Shown here piece after piece: positions 12,203 through 24,269 of a stretch of 64,000 bases of DNA (positions are counted from its first letter, which is position 1; every line of letters begins with the position of its first letter). The DNA comes from Albugo candida. Taxonomy: Eukaryota. Location of the stretch: assembly GCA_040437565.1 (NCBI GenBank), contig JBDOQK010000027.1:310001-374000 (forward strand), in the 5' to 3' direction. The translations under genes and the position numbers were made by a program. The notes below the pieces were generated by a model, which saw nothing but the letters and a program-made list of their open reading frames with translations, did no database searches and was not told the origin of the DNA.

Positions 12203-13288
12203 TCATTTACTGAATACGGTGGATGCTCGCACTTGCTCTAAATTCCAACGTTTTCTAGGATCCTTCTCCAAAAGTCCTGATACAAGCTCCTTTACGTCGC
12301 CTGAAACGTGCTGCCAGAATTGATCAGGAAACTCTACGGGATCTTCCGACACGATGCGTTCGACTATTTCTTCCTCTTTGAGGCACCCGTGCAAATCAAA
12401 TGGATGTCGTCCACATATCAGAATGTACAGAGTGCACCCAAGCGACCAAATATCCATCGCAGGGGATACATCTCCGTCACGTAATGCCTCTGGAGACCAA
12501 TAGGTACGAGTGCCTGATGTCAACACTCGTTTCGCAGAACTCCATTGATCGGAAGAGCTAACAACTGCTGAACCGAAATCAATCAATTTCAAGCATGGAG
12601 TCTCATTGCGCTCTTCTTGTATAGACTTTTGTACCATAATATTCTCTGGTTTTACATCCCGATGAATGATGTGATTGGAGTGGAGATAATTGAGCGCGCA
12701 TACAAGCTGATCTGCGAGTTGAATGGCGTCTTCTTCGCTTAGTGGTCCGTGTGCTGAAAGATAGGATATCAATGAATCTCCATCTATGAATTCTGTGACC
12801 AGGTAATGAAAACCATTGTGACGATACGACTTGCAATATTCCAAAATGTGAGGATGACCACCGTTTTCTCGCACGCAGAGCAATGCGCTATCCTCAAACG
12901 TAACATCATCCACGTCATGAATCATTTTTACCGCGTAGACACGACCTGTTTCCTTGTGAATGCATTGCATTACCACGCCAAATGCACCAAACCCGATCAT
13001 ATTTGTAATTTCGTAAACACCATCAAAGTACTCATTGGAATCAAATTCAAAAGCGAGCGGATCGCATATCGCTGGGAAAGGCTGCAAGATGTTCTCATTA
13101 GCAAAGAAAAGCAGAAAGCCAACGACTGTAAGGTAATTATTGAAAAAATTGACGCGAGAATATTGCGCGTTAAATCCTTGCCAGGTACAGTGGAAGCGCT
13201 TTTCCATGCGAGCTGCTGGAGCGTATCGCTGTCTCATCCATGAGATCCATTGACGGTGATGTGATGCGATATTCCGCATTGATACCAT
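12203..13288 (-). CDS. Ser/Thr protein kinase, CAMK-like
   Basis: GFGAFG, YAVK, HRDVKPEN, DFG, GTRTYWSPE, DIWSLG, DPRKR. Confidence 0.93.
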   Translation of the reverse strand: MVSMRNIASHHRQWISWMRQRYAPAARMEKRFHCTWQGFNAQYSRVNFFNNYLTVVGFLLFFANENILQPFPAICDPLAFEFDSNEYFDGVYEITNMIGFGAFGVVMQCIHKETGRVYAVKMIHDVDDVTFEDSALLCVRENGGHPHILEYCKSYRHNGFHYLVTEFIDGDSLISYLSAHGPLSEEDAIQLADQLVCALNYLHSNHIIHRDVKPENIMVQKSIQEERNETPCLKLIDFGSAVVSSSDQWSSAKRVLTSGTRTYWSPEALRDGDVSPAMDIWSLGCTLYILICGRHPFDLHGCLKEEEIVERIVSEDPVEFPDQFWQHVSGDVKELVSGLLEKDPRKRWNLEQVRASTVFSK

Positions 13289-13395
13289 CTAGTAGTCAGA
13301 CAAAAAGATGTGGCATGGTACCCAATAATAGAGGTAATAGAATAGTGTGTAACGCTACATAAGATCTGGTATAGAATTCAATACAATTTGTTTAG

Positions 13396-15118
13396 TCAAG
13401 CGCGTTCGATGTCATAAATTATCAAGTTTTTCAAAGTGTGGGACACACCTACAAGAAAATGACGGGTAGGATGCGCGATTACGCGAGTGATGGCACGATC
13501 TAGCGGAAGCCGAAAACGATCGAGTCTTTTGATTTCACGTGAGTATTCATCACAGACGGGGCTTTCGCCTTGTATGGCTCGATTCAAACCATACTGGGCA
13601 TTTCGGGGTGGACACAAATCAATGACTTCTAGGACCGAGGTATCGTTGATATCATTGAATATCATACAGTAAAAGGCTTCGTCAAATGCAGTGAACCCAA
13701 CTCGGGTCGCCATAGTATTATATTCGGGACTCTTCCATTGTAAATTTAGATTACGATCGGAATATGGAGTCCCTGATATACGGTACGTAAGTATGCAACA
13801 GTAATGTGGGATTACTAAACGTACCTATCCAATCCGTAAAGTATTGTACTATGTTCCAATCAATTACATTTATAATCGCAATCCAATTATTTTGGTAGTG
13901 ACATAAAATAAAGTCATTCCGCAATTTTGTTAATTTGACGACACAAGTAGGTGCCGAGTGACGATGCCAGAGATCTAGAAGAGACGATGCATGAATCATT
14001 TGTCATCGGTCGTTTGTTTGCCGTACGTTTTCCTGCCTCGATCACATTGAAGCTTCTTATTTTGCGTGGAACTGGCAACGATTCGAATGGTGGAGTAATG
14101 AGATTTTCAATGTCATGTATCTGATGAAACAATACAATCAACATGGGTGCAAGTGATACGCTAGACGTACTGCTATAATTCCGTTCTTGGTCCCACAAAG
14201 TAGATGCCGCTCATGAACCAGGAAAGCCGTGAAAAGAAATCGGAGTCCAGTTTTAATGATCCAAAGAAGCCTTTGCGAATCTCGCTGTAGCTCCCAAAGA
14301 CGGATGCATCCATCGTCATCAGTCGCAAGTAATTGAACCTTCGACTTGCGTTTGTTGATCACACTCTTTGTCTTTATGAATGTAAATTCTTTATAGCCAA
14401 TAGATGGGTGGTTGGATAATCGGATGATACGACTGGGTTTTGTTCGCAAAGTTGATAAATTGTACAAATAAATCGCATTGAAGTTGACGAAAGAACACGC
14501 AAGCTCATCCTTTCGCATGGATTGTAAACATCTATTCGTTTCGGCACAAAATTTTATACCTGGTTGTTTGGATTCCATCGAATGCACCGAATCGGATGGC
14601 CCGTATGAATGACGTGAATCTGCTCAGAGATGGTCAAACCTCGATTTATTTGGATACATGTAAACACACAGGCTCTGTTGGAAAAATTCGACGAGGTACG
14701 TCAGTTTCTTCCTCTGCTGCTTCCGTTGCTCTCTGCACCGAGAAATAAAAGTGTCGCATAGAATACAAAGGAGTGACTTTACTTGATCAAAAGTCAGAGT
14801 TTGATGGAAATATATATCGAAATCAAAAATGGAAATGCTTCCGTCGTATCCGCCTGCAGCTAGAAGCACTCCTAGTGCATCAAATTCGAGACATTCCACA
14901 GTCGTGCGAGTCAAGCTAGAAAGATGCGTTGATTCGCTAGTCTGAGCGTTCGATGCCAACAGAGCGTATGGTATGGGACTCAAGTGTGTCAGCATCCATC
15001 GAAGTAACCAGTGCTGAACGGAATCGATACATCCAAGTGGCTGATAAGAGCATTCTCGGTGGCGTAGTAAGCTCAAAACGCTCCATTGACCTCTTCTGGA
15101 CTTGGGGAGCGTAAACAT
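13396..15118 (-). CDS. WD40-repeat protein, multi-exon
   Basis: WD-like strands 'LEFDALGVLLAAGGYDGSISIFD', 'LLATDDDGCIRLWE', 'LLCGTKNGIIA..WD', 'VIAHPTRHFLVG...LIIYD' in successive minus-strand ORFs. Confidence 0.72.
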
Positions 15119-15667
15119 CCTAGTTGTACCACAATGATGTGGATTACACTAAAGCGGAGGTGTTTAGTATCCCAATGTTCGAATAGTTACGACGTTTACG
15201 TCAGTGACGCATTTGGTTTTAATGAAATATATGATGATTACGTTGCAGTATTACCTAACTACCAGTGTATCGGTGCTAAACACATGAAAAACGGTTCACA
15301 TTCTCTACTCTTTGATTAAGCTGCTCTAATTGGTCTGATTTGAATGTGTAAGGAGCTGCGTCGTGTGAGAATTTGCTATTTTGCTTTGTAACCAACAGTT
15401 GAGTGAAAAAAGACGTGACATCTTGGTGCTTGAACCCTAACAAACCGATCGCAACCAAGACAGTCCACTATTACGGTAAACTACAGAGCGATTCGAACAC
15501 TAGACAAGACTCACGATTCGAGTCAATTCCGAATTTTAGTTTTGATTATACATCCGTTCCAAGAAGGTTGAAAACGTGTCAATTACGTCTTCAATAGAGC
15601 ACCACGGTTATAAAAGAGTCAATTATTTGGAATCAGATAAACAGTGCGTTCAACTCGAAAAGGAGTT

Positions 15668-18000
15668 ATGACTCAGAACGGTGAGGTTGCCATCGAGACA
15701 ATGGGACCTTTGGAAAACACTTTAAATATGTACTATCCTCACGACAAAATCGAATGGAATCTGTATCCATCCTGCTCTGACGCTGTAAGTCTCGCTCCGC
15801 TATCATGTTCGGGTCGAGAAAATATGTCGTATCAGCATCCCGCGGCATACCACGCTGTGAGTGAGCAATACCCATGGACGTTTGGCTCACCTCAAATCAT
15901 GAGTCCACAATATCCTGTTTATAAATATCGAAGAAGACGGAATTCGATGCACAAACCAGCGGATCGAATCAAAGAGAGGAATGGAAAGTCTTTGTGCATA
16001 CGATACATTACGAAGGGTACGTGTATCTATGGCAATAAATGCAAATTCTTTCACGACAAGAATGGAAGCAATACATCCAAGTACGTGAGTAGCAAGCAGG
16101 TACATTAATGACTTACATTTTATTATAGACAGAGCACTTCTTTTCACGAGAATTACGAAAAGCGTCATCGTTCCATGTCAGCGGAAGGTTCATCTGGAAG
16201 TGCTCGTTATGTTCGACGAACTGACGGCAAACCTAAGAGTCAGCCGCTTTTATACAACATGTACCGTGATGCTTATCATAAGTTATTAATCCTTCTTATC
16301 CGGATTATGTATAGCGATTGGGATACTTTCCCATCACTCGAAAATTCAATGACAAATACAATCAAAAGTCGTCGAAACAATTCTGGCGCTTCCAAGCTTT
16401 TCTTCCGAGATGCAGTTCTCAAGCAACAGGCAAAAACGTCCTCGGAAGACTCCTCCAACCAGAAGGAAGGAAACTTCGTAACTTCGTCAAGCACTGGAAA
16501 AACAAAAAAACTCGATCCGGAATTCAGAAGTCGACGGGATCGAAATCAAGACAATCAAAGCGTGGTTGTGGATTTGGACTCTCCTCCATATTGCGATGAA
16601 TCCTACGAGGCCATGCCGACTCTATACACGACACCAAATAAGGAATTCTCATCCGGACAATTCGAGTATACCAATGTATACCCGAACGCTCTTGATTCCA
16701 ATGAGCAAACAAGTCGCTTCAGGTGCATTCCACTGCTCGTTTCGCTGTATAGGAGAGCTTGTTGACTGACTCGTCATCTAAGTGAGCTGAGTAGAGAAAT
16801 GGAAGCTTTTGTGGAGCGTTTGGATGCCGAAGTCTTTTACTTAGAACACCACCAGCGTCAAGCGATTGCAAGCTTACAGAAAGTAGTGCAGGAACTCTGG
16901 CATGACGCTCTTATTGAGATCTACGGGTCAACGTACACGCGCTTGGCGCTTTCAACAAGCGATATTGATTGTGTTCTGGTATCTCCGTCCTGCGAGCACA
17001 ATTCGCCAAGTTGTGTCCTGCAAGAAATCGCGAATCGGATCGCATTGCAACCCAACTTATATCGTCTGGAACTCTTGACGAATGCGAAAATCCCCGTTCT
17101 CAAGGTGGTGTACCAAGTTAAAAGCCAAACCGGTCAAATGCGATCAATTCTTCTCGATCTGACATGTGCTCATTCACCTGGACATTCGGGGTTGAGCGCA
17201 CGAGATCTCGTATTTTCATACCAGACGCAAATGCCGGCATTACGTCCGCTTGTGCTCGTCCTAAAACGCCATCTCAAAGCATTGGGTTTGTATTTTTTCG
17301 TAAAATTGCTACTGAAAGTCTCACTGAATGCGCAGGGTTGAATTGTGCGTTCACTGGCGGTTTATCATCGTACGCGTTGGTCTTGTTGGTCGTTCGATTC
17401 CTTCAGGTAAATGTCCTTCTCGAACACACGTCGAATCTCCAAATAACGCTACAGACAGGCATGTGGCGATTATCACCAGCGAATTGAGGAACCATTCTTT
17501 CCACCGGGTCGGTGGAATGAACAAGATGACACATGTCCAGAAAAGTCTCCAGTCGACTCAAGCTCACTGTACGTCTTCACGCGCGAATCAAGTTCGAGTT
17601 TATGGAAAGCGGATATCGGCGCTTTGCTTTTGTTGTTTCTCGAAACGTACACGACGTTCGACTTTCGACGCTTTGGAATATCTGTGGAACATGGCGGGTA
17701 TGTTCTCTCACTATGCGATCGAGCCAAACTCACAGTTTTGTGCTTTATGTCTAGAGAATTCTACTTGCTAGGAATCGATCACGCCTGCATGGATCCTGGA
17801 AGCGTCATCAAGCCTATGATCAGTGATCCGATGCAGCCGGGACGAATGATAGGAAGCTGTTTTCGTCTGCATGAGGTTGATATATTTCCCTTCCTTACCG
17901 CCGATCATAACGCACTCTGTAGGTCCTTCGCGCGTGGTCCGATCTCTACCAGCATTTATGCTCGCACGGTGAACTGAGTCAAATGCTTCCAGCTGTATGA
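15668..18000 (+). CDS. CCCH zinc finger plus non-canonical poly(A) polymerase / terminal nucleotidyltransferase (Trf4/Cid1-like), multi-exon
   Basis: 'CIRYITKGTCIYGNKCKFFH' (C-x8-C-x5-C-x3-H); Pol-beta motif 'YGSTYTRLALSTSDIDCVL'; 'AKIPVLK', 'LRPLVLVLK', 'GGLSSYALVLLV'; PAP-associated 'LLLFLETY..FDFRRFGISV...ISDP'. Confidence 0.85.
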
Positions 18001-18136
18001 GAGAAAAAAGTCATTGTCCGAGTCAATTGTCAACTCGACAAAAGATGCCAAAGCTCTCAATGTTGAGCGAATGTGGAAGCGCCGTTCGCGTTATAGAAAA
18101 TGTCATCTCATTCGCAATAGAGTTATTGCAAAATGT

Positions 18137-19678
18137 TCAAAATCGCAGCGGACGCACACGCATGAATTCCTCAATCTGCTCTTTCGTGATCGATCGTCTT
18201 CTCTCCTGCATTTCCTGGATAAAATCTGTCATCACTCGAATAAGTTTTTCTTTGACTTGCCCCGACATCATCCGACCGCTTTCATACTCATTAGCGATGG
18301 ATGCCAATTCGTCATCGTCTTCCAGCATGAATGACAAATATTGGAAGGGAATATCCAGTTTCAAATTCGCACCGTACTTCTCATGATCTGCTCGTGTTTC
18401 TCCGCCGCCGCTGAAAGCGTACCGTTTGATTTTTGTAGCGATTTCTTCGGCCGAGTCGGACAGATAAATCGTTGTGGACGCTTTACTTGCACTCATTTTC
18501 GTACTGCTTCCTTGTAATGCGGGAAAAAACTTGGAATATATTGTTGCTGGTTTGAGGTAGTCCAAACGTGAGGCGACGTCGCGTGTCATCCGAAAGTACG
18601 GGTCCTGATCGATTGCGCATGGAATTAGACAACGGAGATTCTTACGGCCACCGAATGGGATTGGAAATGTCTCTGGGAACGATGGAACGGCTTGGACGGC
18701 GGGGAACGCTGATTTCCCGATATTGTCGGAGCCAGTGAAGCCGAAAATCCCTCGCGCTTGATTGTATGTGACGCACTTTTGGACTTTTAGAACTTGAGGA
18801 TACAGATGTTGGATGTAATCGGTATTGGCGAAGATAAATGTTTTGTTTACGTCGAAGCCACACGTAATGATATCTTTGACGTTTTCCAGCATCATACGAC
18901 GACTTTCTTCGAGTGTTTGGTCGCGGAACAAAAACTTTTCGTCGTCTGTCAATTGGATGACGAGCGGAACTTGGAAGACTTTTTGCAGCCAGGCGTTGAA
19001 CGTGAATGGGATCAGATGCCCCATATGTAGACTTCCCGATGACGGGCCTCGACCCGTGTACAAGTAGAAGGATTCGCCTTTTTCGTATGCGTCTAAAAGG
19101 TCATTGAGATCGCGATGCGCGAAAAAAAATCCACGACGAAGATATCGATGTGCCTTGTGCCCCGTTAGTCGTTCAAAACGGTCTACAACGGTGGAATCGA
19201 GTTTCGAACAACCAAACTGCTCAATAAGTTTGTCGTAATTGACGCCATTTTCTGCCTCAACGTCCCACGGTGTCACGATTTGCCCTTGGTCGTGTGACTC
19301 GGTTTGAAAAGTTGCTTGACGAAGGAGAAGTTGCCCTTGACTGGGAAGCGTCTCTTTCTCGTCGTGTAAAGGATCTTCCTGTTTAGATTGACTGAATTCT
19401 TTCTTTTTCTTCTTCAATGCAACTTTCTTTTCTTTTTTTGCTTTATTTTTAGAGGGTTGTGTATCCTTGTTGACTTCTTTTTTAGCGGGCGCTTTTGCTG
19501 GTTTAGGTGGCGTAAAGTCCTTTCCGGTTTGAGCTTTATATTGCTCTTTGAGGGTAAGAAGTTCTTCAACAAGGCGTGTGATTGCATCTTTGTTCTTCTC
19601 GGGATTCTTCTCATTTTTAAGATCGCGAATTTCGTTTCCTTTTGCAGTAATTGCCGCCAAGACTTGTTCCTCCGTCAT
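18137..19678 (-). CDS. WARS: Cytosolic tryptophanyl-tRNA synthetase with N-terminal WHEP-like domain
   Basis: VTPWDV, YTGRGPSSGSLHMGH (HIGH), AIDQDPYFR, KMSAS. First ATG at 19678. Confidence 0.97.
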   Translation of the reverse strand: MTEEQVLAAITAKGNEIRDLKNEKNPEKNKDAITRLVEELLTLKEQYKAQTGKDFTPPKPAKAPAKKEVNKDTQPSKNKAKKEKKVALKKKKKEFSQSKQEDPLHDEKETLPSQGQLLLRQATFQTESHDQGQIVTPWDVEAENGVNYDKLIEQFGCSKLDSTVVDRFERLTGHKAHRYLRRGFFFAHRDLNDLLDAYEKGESFYLYTGRGPSSGSLHMGHLIPFTFNAWLQKVFQVPLVIQLTDDEKFLFRDQTLEESRRMMLENVKDIITCGFDVNKTFIFANTDYIQHLYPQVLKVQKCVTYNQARGIFGFTGSDNIGKSAFPAVQAVPSFPETFPIPFGGRKNLRCLIPCAIDQDPYFRMTRDVASRLDYLKPATIYSKFFPALQGSSTKMSASKASTTIYLSDSAEEIATKIKRYAFSGGGETRADHEKYGANLKLDIPFQYLSFMLEDDDELASIANEYESGRMMSGQVKEKLIRVMTDFIQEMQERRRSITKEQIEEFMRVRPLRF

Positions 19679-19786
19679 ATGTTTTGACTTGCTACTAAAC
19701 ACCAATGGCCACTAATTCCGATGTGGTCAAACGTACATAACGTTCGATGATGGATTGCTCCATGACTGCTACATTTTTATTTCAAA

Positions 19787-22222
19787 TCAACTTACACTAT
19801 CTAATTTTAACTCACTCTGATACATCTGAATTATTCTGCCCACGTCTCCCTGTCCTTCGGAGACCAACTCTTGCTGTACTTTACTTTGAAATATTTCCAC
19901 ACGCGTCCACCAATCGCGTTGATCATTCGATGAATGCATACACTGTTTCGCCTTTAACAACGCTTGAAGGCACAATAAAAACCGTTCTTTTCGTAGGGCC
20001 ACATCAAATGCCGCAAAGTGCGTTTCCAAACGATCGGCCGCATGCTTTTGTAATGTTACCACAAACTTCCACGCTTCCTCTAGTGCAGGCTTTCTCAGCA
20101 GCTCATGACCTAATGGATCCAAGTCTTTTGGAATTACTTTGGTGTTATTCCGTTTGCTTTTATCTTTTTCTTTTTCCTTTTCTTTTTCTTTCTCCATCTC
20201 TTTCATTTGTGCCAGACGCATCTCCTCCTCCTTCTTCTTAAACTCAGCTTTACGTGCTTTTGCCTGTGCCCGTTTTGCTTTCTTCTTATCAGCCACTAAG
20301 AGTGTTCCAAATCCATTGCAAGTTTCAGAGGCTATACGTTCCTCATACAACGCCAAGTACGTAGTGATGATCCCGAGTGCTGCTTGAACGTACATCGGAT
20401 GTTTATATATCGAGTCACAAAACGACAAAACCTGAACATAAGCGCGTAAAGTCATTTTACGAACACAATATGTATGGAAATCGAATTGGTCGTCTTCAAA
20501 ATCTTGAAAATGCTTATCGATTGCATTGAATTGCTTTAACGCCATTCCAAATTGCTTCTGACGAAAGTGACTACGGCCACATGCTAATTCGTACCACATA
20601 CATTGCATTTCATTCAAATTTTGCTGTGGATCGCCTTCGTGTCGTGTGAACAAAGCGATGGTTGAACTCGCTTCTTGCACACGATCGGCACGAAGGAGAT
20701 ACTTTGTGGCTTTATTGTTGATGTAACGATCACTGAGATCTAATTTTCGAGCGTGTATCATGACGTCCGCAGCTGCACTGAACTCATTCTGATGCTTGTA
20801 AATTCTTCCTTTGCGTTGATGAAAATCTAAAACGTTTGGTTCGGAATCGATACATTTTTCGATATGTTCCAAAGCTTTATCGTACTTTTCCAAGCGATCA
20901 AAGTGCTGGGCAGCTAAATAGTGTGTCCACAACAACGTCTTTTCCGCGGAGGGTGCCTTTACACAAGTTTTGAATGTGACAGGGATGTCGAGTGTTTGAT
21001 GTTGTTCGAGTGTCTGCAGATACGCGACCAGTAGTTTCTCGAGAATCACAACCTTGTCCTTGTGCTCTTCGCTCTTATACAACCTCCTCATCTCGGAACC
21101 CACCGATGGTACGCCACACAAAAGTTGACGTCGAAGGTATTCGTCCAATAGAATTTTGAATTCATCACCAGTTGTCAGATCCAGAAGGAGACGAAGATAT
21201 GTAAGTGACGCAGATACATTACTTTTTTCGATATAATGTTTGCGCTTTTGATCGTAATATTGGACAAGAACACTCACGTGATTGGAGAGATTTGAATCAC
21301 GTTTGAATTTGGGACAATTAGAGAGCAATTGTGGACAATCATACTGAAAATAAGTTTTCTTCTGAATCAACGCGGACTGTAAACCATGATGATAAATGAA
21401 ATTGTCAACATTGATATCCAAAAGTTCTTCATACGCGATAACAGCTTCGTCGTATCGTTCCAATTGAACGAGAAATTCTGCTTTTTTCTGTCGCCATGCC
21501 AGAGTGTCGAGAATGAAGTTCTTCTTTTCCATCAGATGCTCCAAAGCCTTGTCGATATTTCCAGATTCTTGAAGCAACTGATTCTGGTACAAATACATTT
21601 CACTGTCCTCGTAACTTGGGGACGCATTCGGCTCCAATGTGCCGACATATTTGTTGATAATGTCAATTGCCATTTGATAGTTTCCGAGCAAGTGATGCGC
21701 AATTGCAAATCCAATCCAATTGTTTCGATTATTGGGCATTAACGTTAAAATAGCACGTCGTGTTTCAGCAAAACCGCGTAGATCGCGCATCTGAACTTGT
21801 AACAGATATAAATCCCTCAAAATCTGCACATTTTGAGGATCCAATCGGATGGCATTCCGATAGCACTTTATTGCTTCGTGATAGTTACGATCGGAACGAT
21901 ACAATAAGCCGTATACATGCCAGCAAACATGACTTTTAAGGTCGTTTTTCAGGCCTAAACGAGCAAACTCATAAGCTTCCTCCTTTCTACCATTCATGCA
22001 GCTGAGGAGGAGTCCCTTCATAGCCAGCGTTTCGCCATGTTCTGGATACTTTTTCAGAATGAGGTCGGACGTTTTCAGTCCTTTTTTATATTGTTTCAGT
22101 TCATAGTGTTTCTGAATGAAAGATAAGTTTACAATTGTGTAGTACACTATGAGGATACGTACCACAATGGATCGAAAGAGTGAGGCTTCCTTGGACGGTA
22201 AGTGACGCGAGTGCACTGTCAT
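19787..22222 (-). CDS. NAA15: N-alpha-acetyltransferase auxiliary subunit (NatA NAA15/NAT1)
   Basis: 'YELKQYKKGLK', 'HGETLAMKGL', 'SHVCWHVYGL', 'LDLSDRYIN', 'EMQCMWY', 'DQFDFHTYC'. A 51-nt in-frame intron near the 5' end (GTACGT...TTCAG) is read through in the ORF track. Confidence 0.96.
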   Translation of the reverse strand: MTVHSRHLPSKEASLFRSIVVRILIVYYTIVNLSFIQKHYELKQYKKGLKTSDLILKKYPEHGETLAMKGLLLSCMNGRKEEAYEFARLGLKNDLKSHVCWHVYGLLYRSDRNYHEAIKCYRNAIRLDPQNVQILRDLYLLQVQMRDLRGFAETRRAILTLMPNNRNNWIGFAIAHHLLGNYQMAIDIINKYVGTLEPNASPSYEDSEMYLYQNQLLQESGNIDKALEHLMEKKNFILDTLAWRQKKAEFLVQLERYDEAVIAYEELLDINVDNFIYHHGLQSALIQKKTYFQYDCPQLLSNCPKFKRDSNLSNHVSVLVQYYDQKRKHYIEKSNVSASLTYLRLLLDLTTGDEFKILLDEYLRRQLLCGVPSVGSEMRRLYKSEEHKDKVVILEKLLVAYLQTLEQHQTLDIPVTFKTCVKAPSAEKTLLWTHYLAAQHFDRLEKYDKALEHIEKCIDSEPNVLDFHQRKGRIYKHQNEFSAAADVMIHARKLDLSDRYINNKATKYLLRADRVQEASSTIALFTRHEGDPQQNLNEMQCMWYELACGRSHFRQKQFGMALKQFNAIDKHFQDFEDDQFDFHTYCVRKMTLRAYVQVLSFCDSIYKHPMYVQAALGIITTYLALYEERIASETCNGFGTLLVADKKKAKRAQAKARKAEFKKKEEEMRLAQMKEMEKEKEKEKEKDKSKRNNTKVIPKDLDPLGHELLRKPALEEAWKFVVTLQKHAADRLETHFAAFDVALRKERFLLCLQALLKAKQCMHSSNDQRDWWTRVEIFQSKVQQELVSEGQGDVGRIIQMYQSELKLDSVS

Positions 22223-22345
22223 TATAAGATACGGTGGAAATGATTGGCGAGAAGCGTTTAATACGTGTGGTGCAAAGAAGAGTAAAGTGTTTAAAACTGT
22301 TCATATTATTTGATAGTTACTACCAAAACGAATGTAACCAGCGTT

Positions 22346-22954
22346 TTAATCGGTCGACTTGGACGCATTGTTCAGGTGCAGCGAAGTGTCCAATGGTACA
22401 ATATACGGTGCGATGTACGGCTTCATTACCGCTTGATAGATCACTTGAGCTCCCTACCAATATCAGATTAGTAAAAAGCATTGGTCCAATCAGAATTCAT
22501 CGTACCATTGTACTGGGAAGGAAGCACCACACAAGAAAACCAACCTTGACGAAGAAATACATAGGCAAGCTACATAGTCAAGAGATAATAACATACTTTA
22601 GGATAAAATTCCACAATCCAAAACTCATTCGAACCTTGAGAACACATAATCCAACACCGGCTCAATCAGACAGAAAACCGCGTACACAATCCAATACGCA
22701 AGCCAAACTTTACTGCTCGTTGATGACACTTTATCCGCAGCCCGGAAAGATTGATACGATGGATAGACAAACCCAACCAGTTTGACCATCAACGGTTGTC
22801 CCCCGATCGCATACAGCAGAGCAAGTGCAATCGTAGAAATCGTAACAAAAATATAGAACTTATCAATCCCTGTTTTCTTCTCCAATTCCACAATTTTCGG
22901 AATGCCTCCCAAACGCTTTGATAAATGTTCTTTAGAGTGAACGATTGCTTCCAT
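22346..22954 (-). CDS. REEP/DP1/Yop1 (TB2/HVA22) ER-shaping protein, 3 exons
   Basis: 'LVGFVYPSYQSFRA', 'WLAYWIVYA', then spliced 'PMYFFVKVGFLVWCFLPST' and 'GAQVIYQ'. Confidence 0.88.
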
Positions 22955-23034
22955 TCTCAAAGTATCAGCTCAATGAAATTAACAATTTGGATGTAAGAAC
23001 GACCCCTTTGACTTTCCAACTGGTATAGGTCGAC

Positions 23035-23047
23035 GATTGGCTGAAAA
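23035..23047. promoter_or_regulatory. CCAAT box in divergent promoter
   Basis: gattggctgaaaa, with further ccaat cores at about 23066 and 23096, between REEP (start 22954) and the gene at about 23161. Confidence 0.5.
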
Positions 23048-23160
23048 TTGCTAGCCTCTTATTTTCCAATCATCTGTATAAAGACTAAATTAATTTCCAA
23101 TCGAAATAACGTATCGCGTCACACGTCCCTGCGACATGCTTCTATTTTTCTTTCTTGGAA

Positions 23161-24269
23161 ATGGATGAGAAAGCGTGCGGCTTTTTGACCCGTAAAGTAT
23201 GACACTGGAGATATCTACATCCTCGCTTGTATGCTGCTCATTTATGGGATTGCATCAAGTGCAAACTGATCAAATAGCAGCACTGATGAAGATCGCAGCC
23301 AAGCCAGAAGAGTACGAAATTGCAGGCATACAAACGCATTGCGGGAGCTCACGCACGAGAAACCAATCGGTTGTTCAGACTTTTGTTTACATTCGATGTA
23401 ATGAAACGATTTCCGCATTTTTTTGTGAGAAATTTGGGTACGATCGCTCGATTTTATACACTTTCCTTTACTCATGCAAAACTTTAGTACTGCAGCTCGG
23501 CATTTATTGAAGGGAGAAATGTATTGTATTCGTTGTCGGAGGTCTGAGATGAACTTTCCAATAAACGAACCGAATGCGAATACAGAAGAAGACTTGGAAG
23601 GAGAATGTCTTACTCCAGAAGCGGTCTCAAGTTTATTAGATATCGTTGGCGATGCAATTGTAGATATTCATGACGCTTTCCAAAGATTTTCAGTTGGTAG
23701 TGATGCGGACGCAAAACTCACATTCTCAGGCCTGTTTCAAGCGCTTGAATTAGTCGGTCGAAAGTATTGGCGCTCGCATGGAAGGAAAAGCAGTGATTTT
23801 CTCGGTGCAGGAAATGTTCATACCATCCTTCAAAATCTGATCAAGTCGCATGACATATCTGTAAAAAAAATTCCGTATCACAATGTACAAAGACCGTTTT
23901 TAACTTATATCGATTTCATTGCGGTATATGCAAAGTTCATAACAGAGCTGAACCGACCTCACTTTTGGAAGGTACGCTCTAATTTCGATCAGTTGTACAA
24001 GTAAGAAATATATTGCCATGGCGCACATTTTCAATATATACTTGGGAGAAAACCTGCTATGTCGTGCATGTAGTGCAAATCGCACTGCTTGATATTATCA
24101 ACTATTACCGGTACAACAGCCCAATTTACTATATTACTTCTGCACGCAAGGTGAAAGGGGGACGGTTTTAGAGCAACGAATAACGTGGCCAGAAGACGAT
24201 GCACGTGGAATGTTTGTCGATACCTTCTGGTTGAGTCGCCTTATTCAGACCTCGCTACCTGAACAGTAG
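23161..24269 (+). CDS. Hypothetical multi-exon protein, possibly degenerate EF-hand-like; boundaries uncertain
   Basis: Core ORF 23474..24004 ('IHDAFQRFSVGSDADAKLTFSGLFQAL', 'LTYIDFIAVY') with flanking short exon-like segments. Confidence 0.45.
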
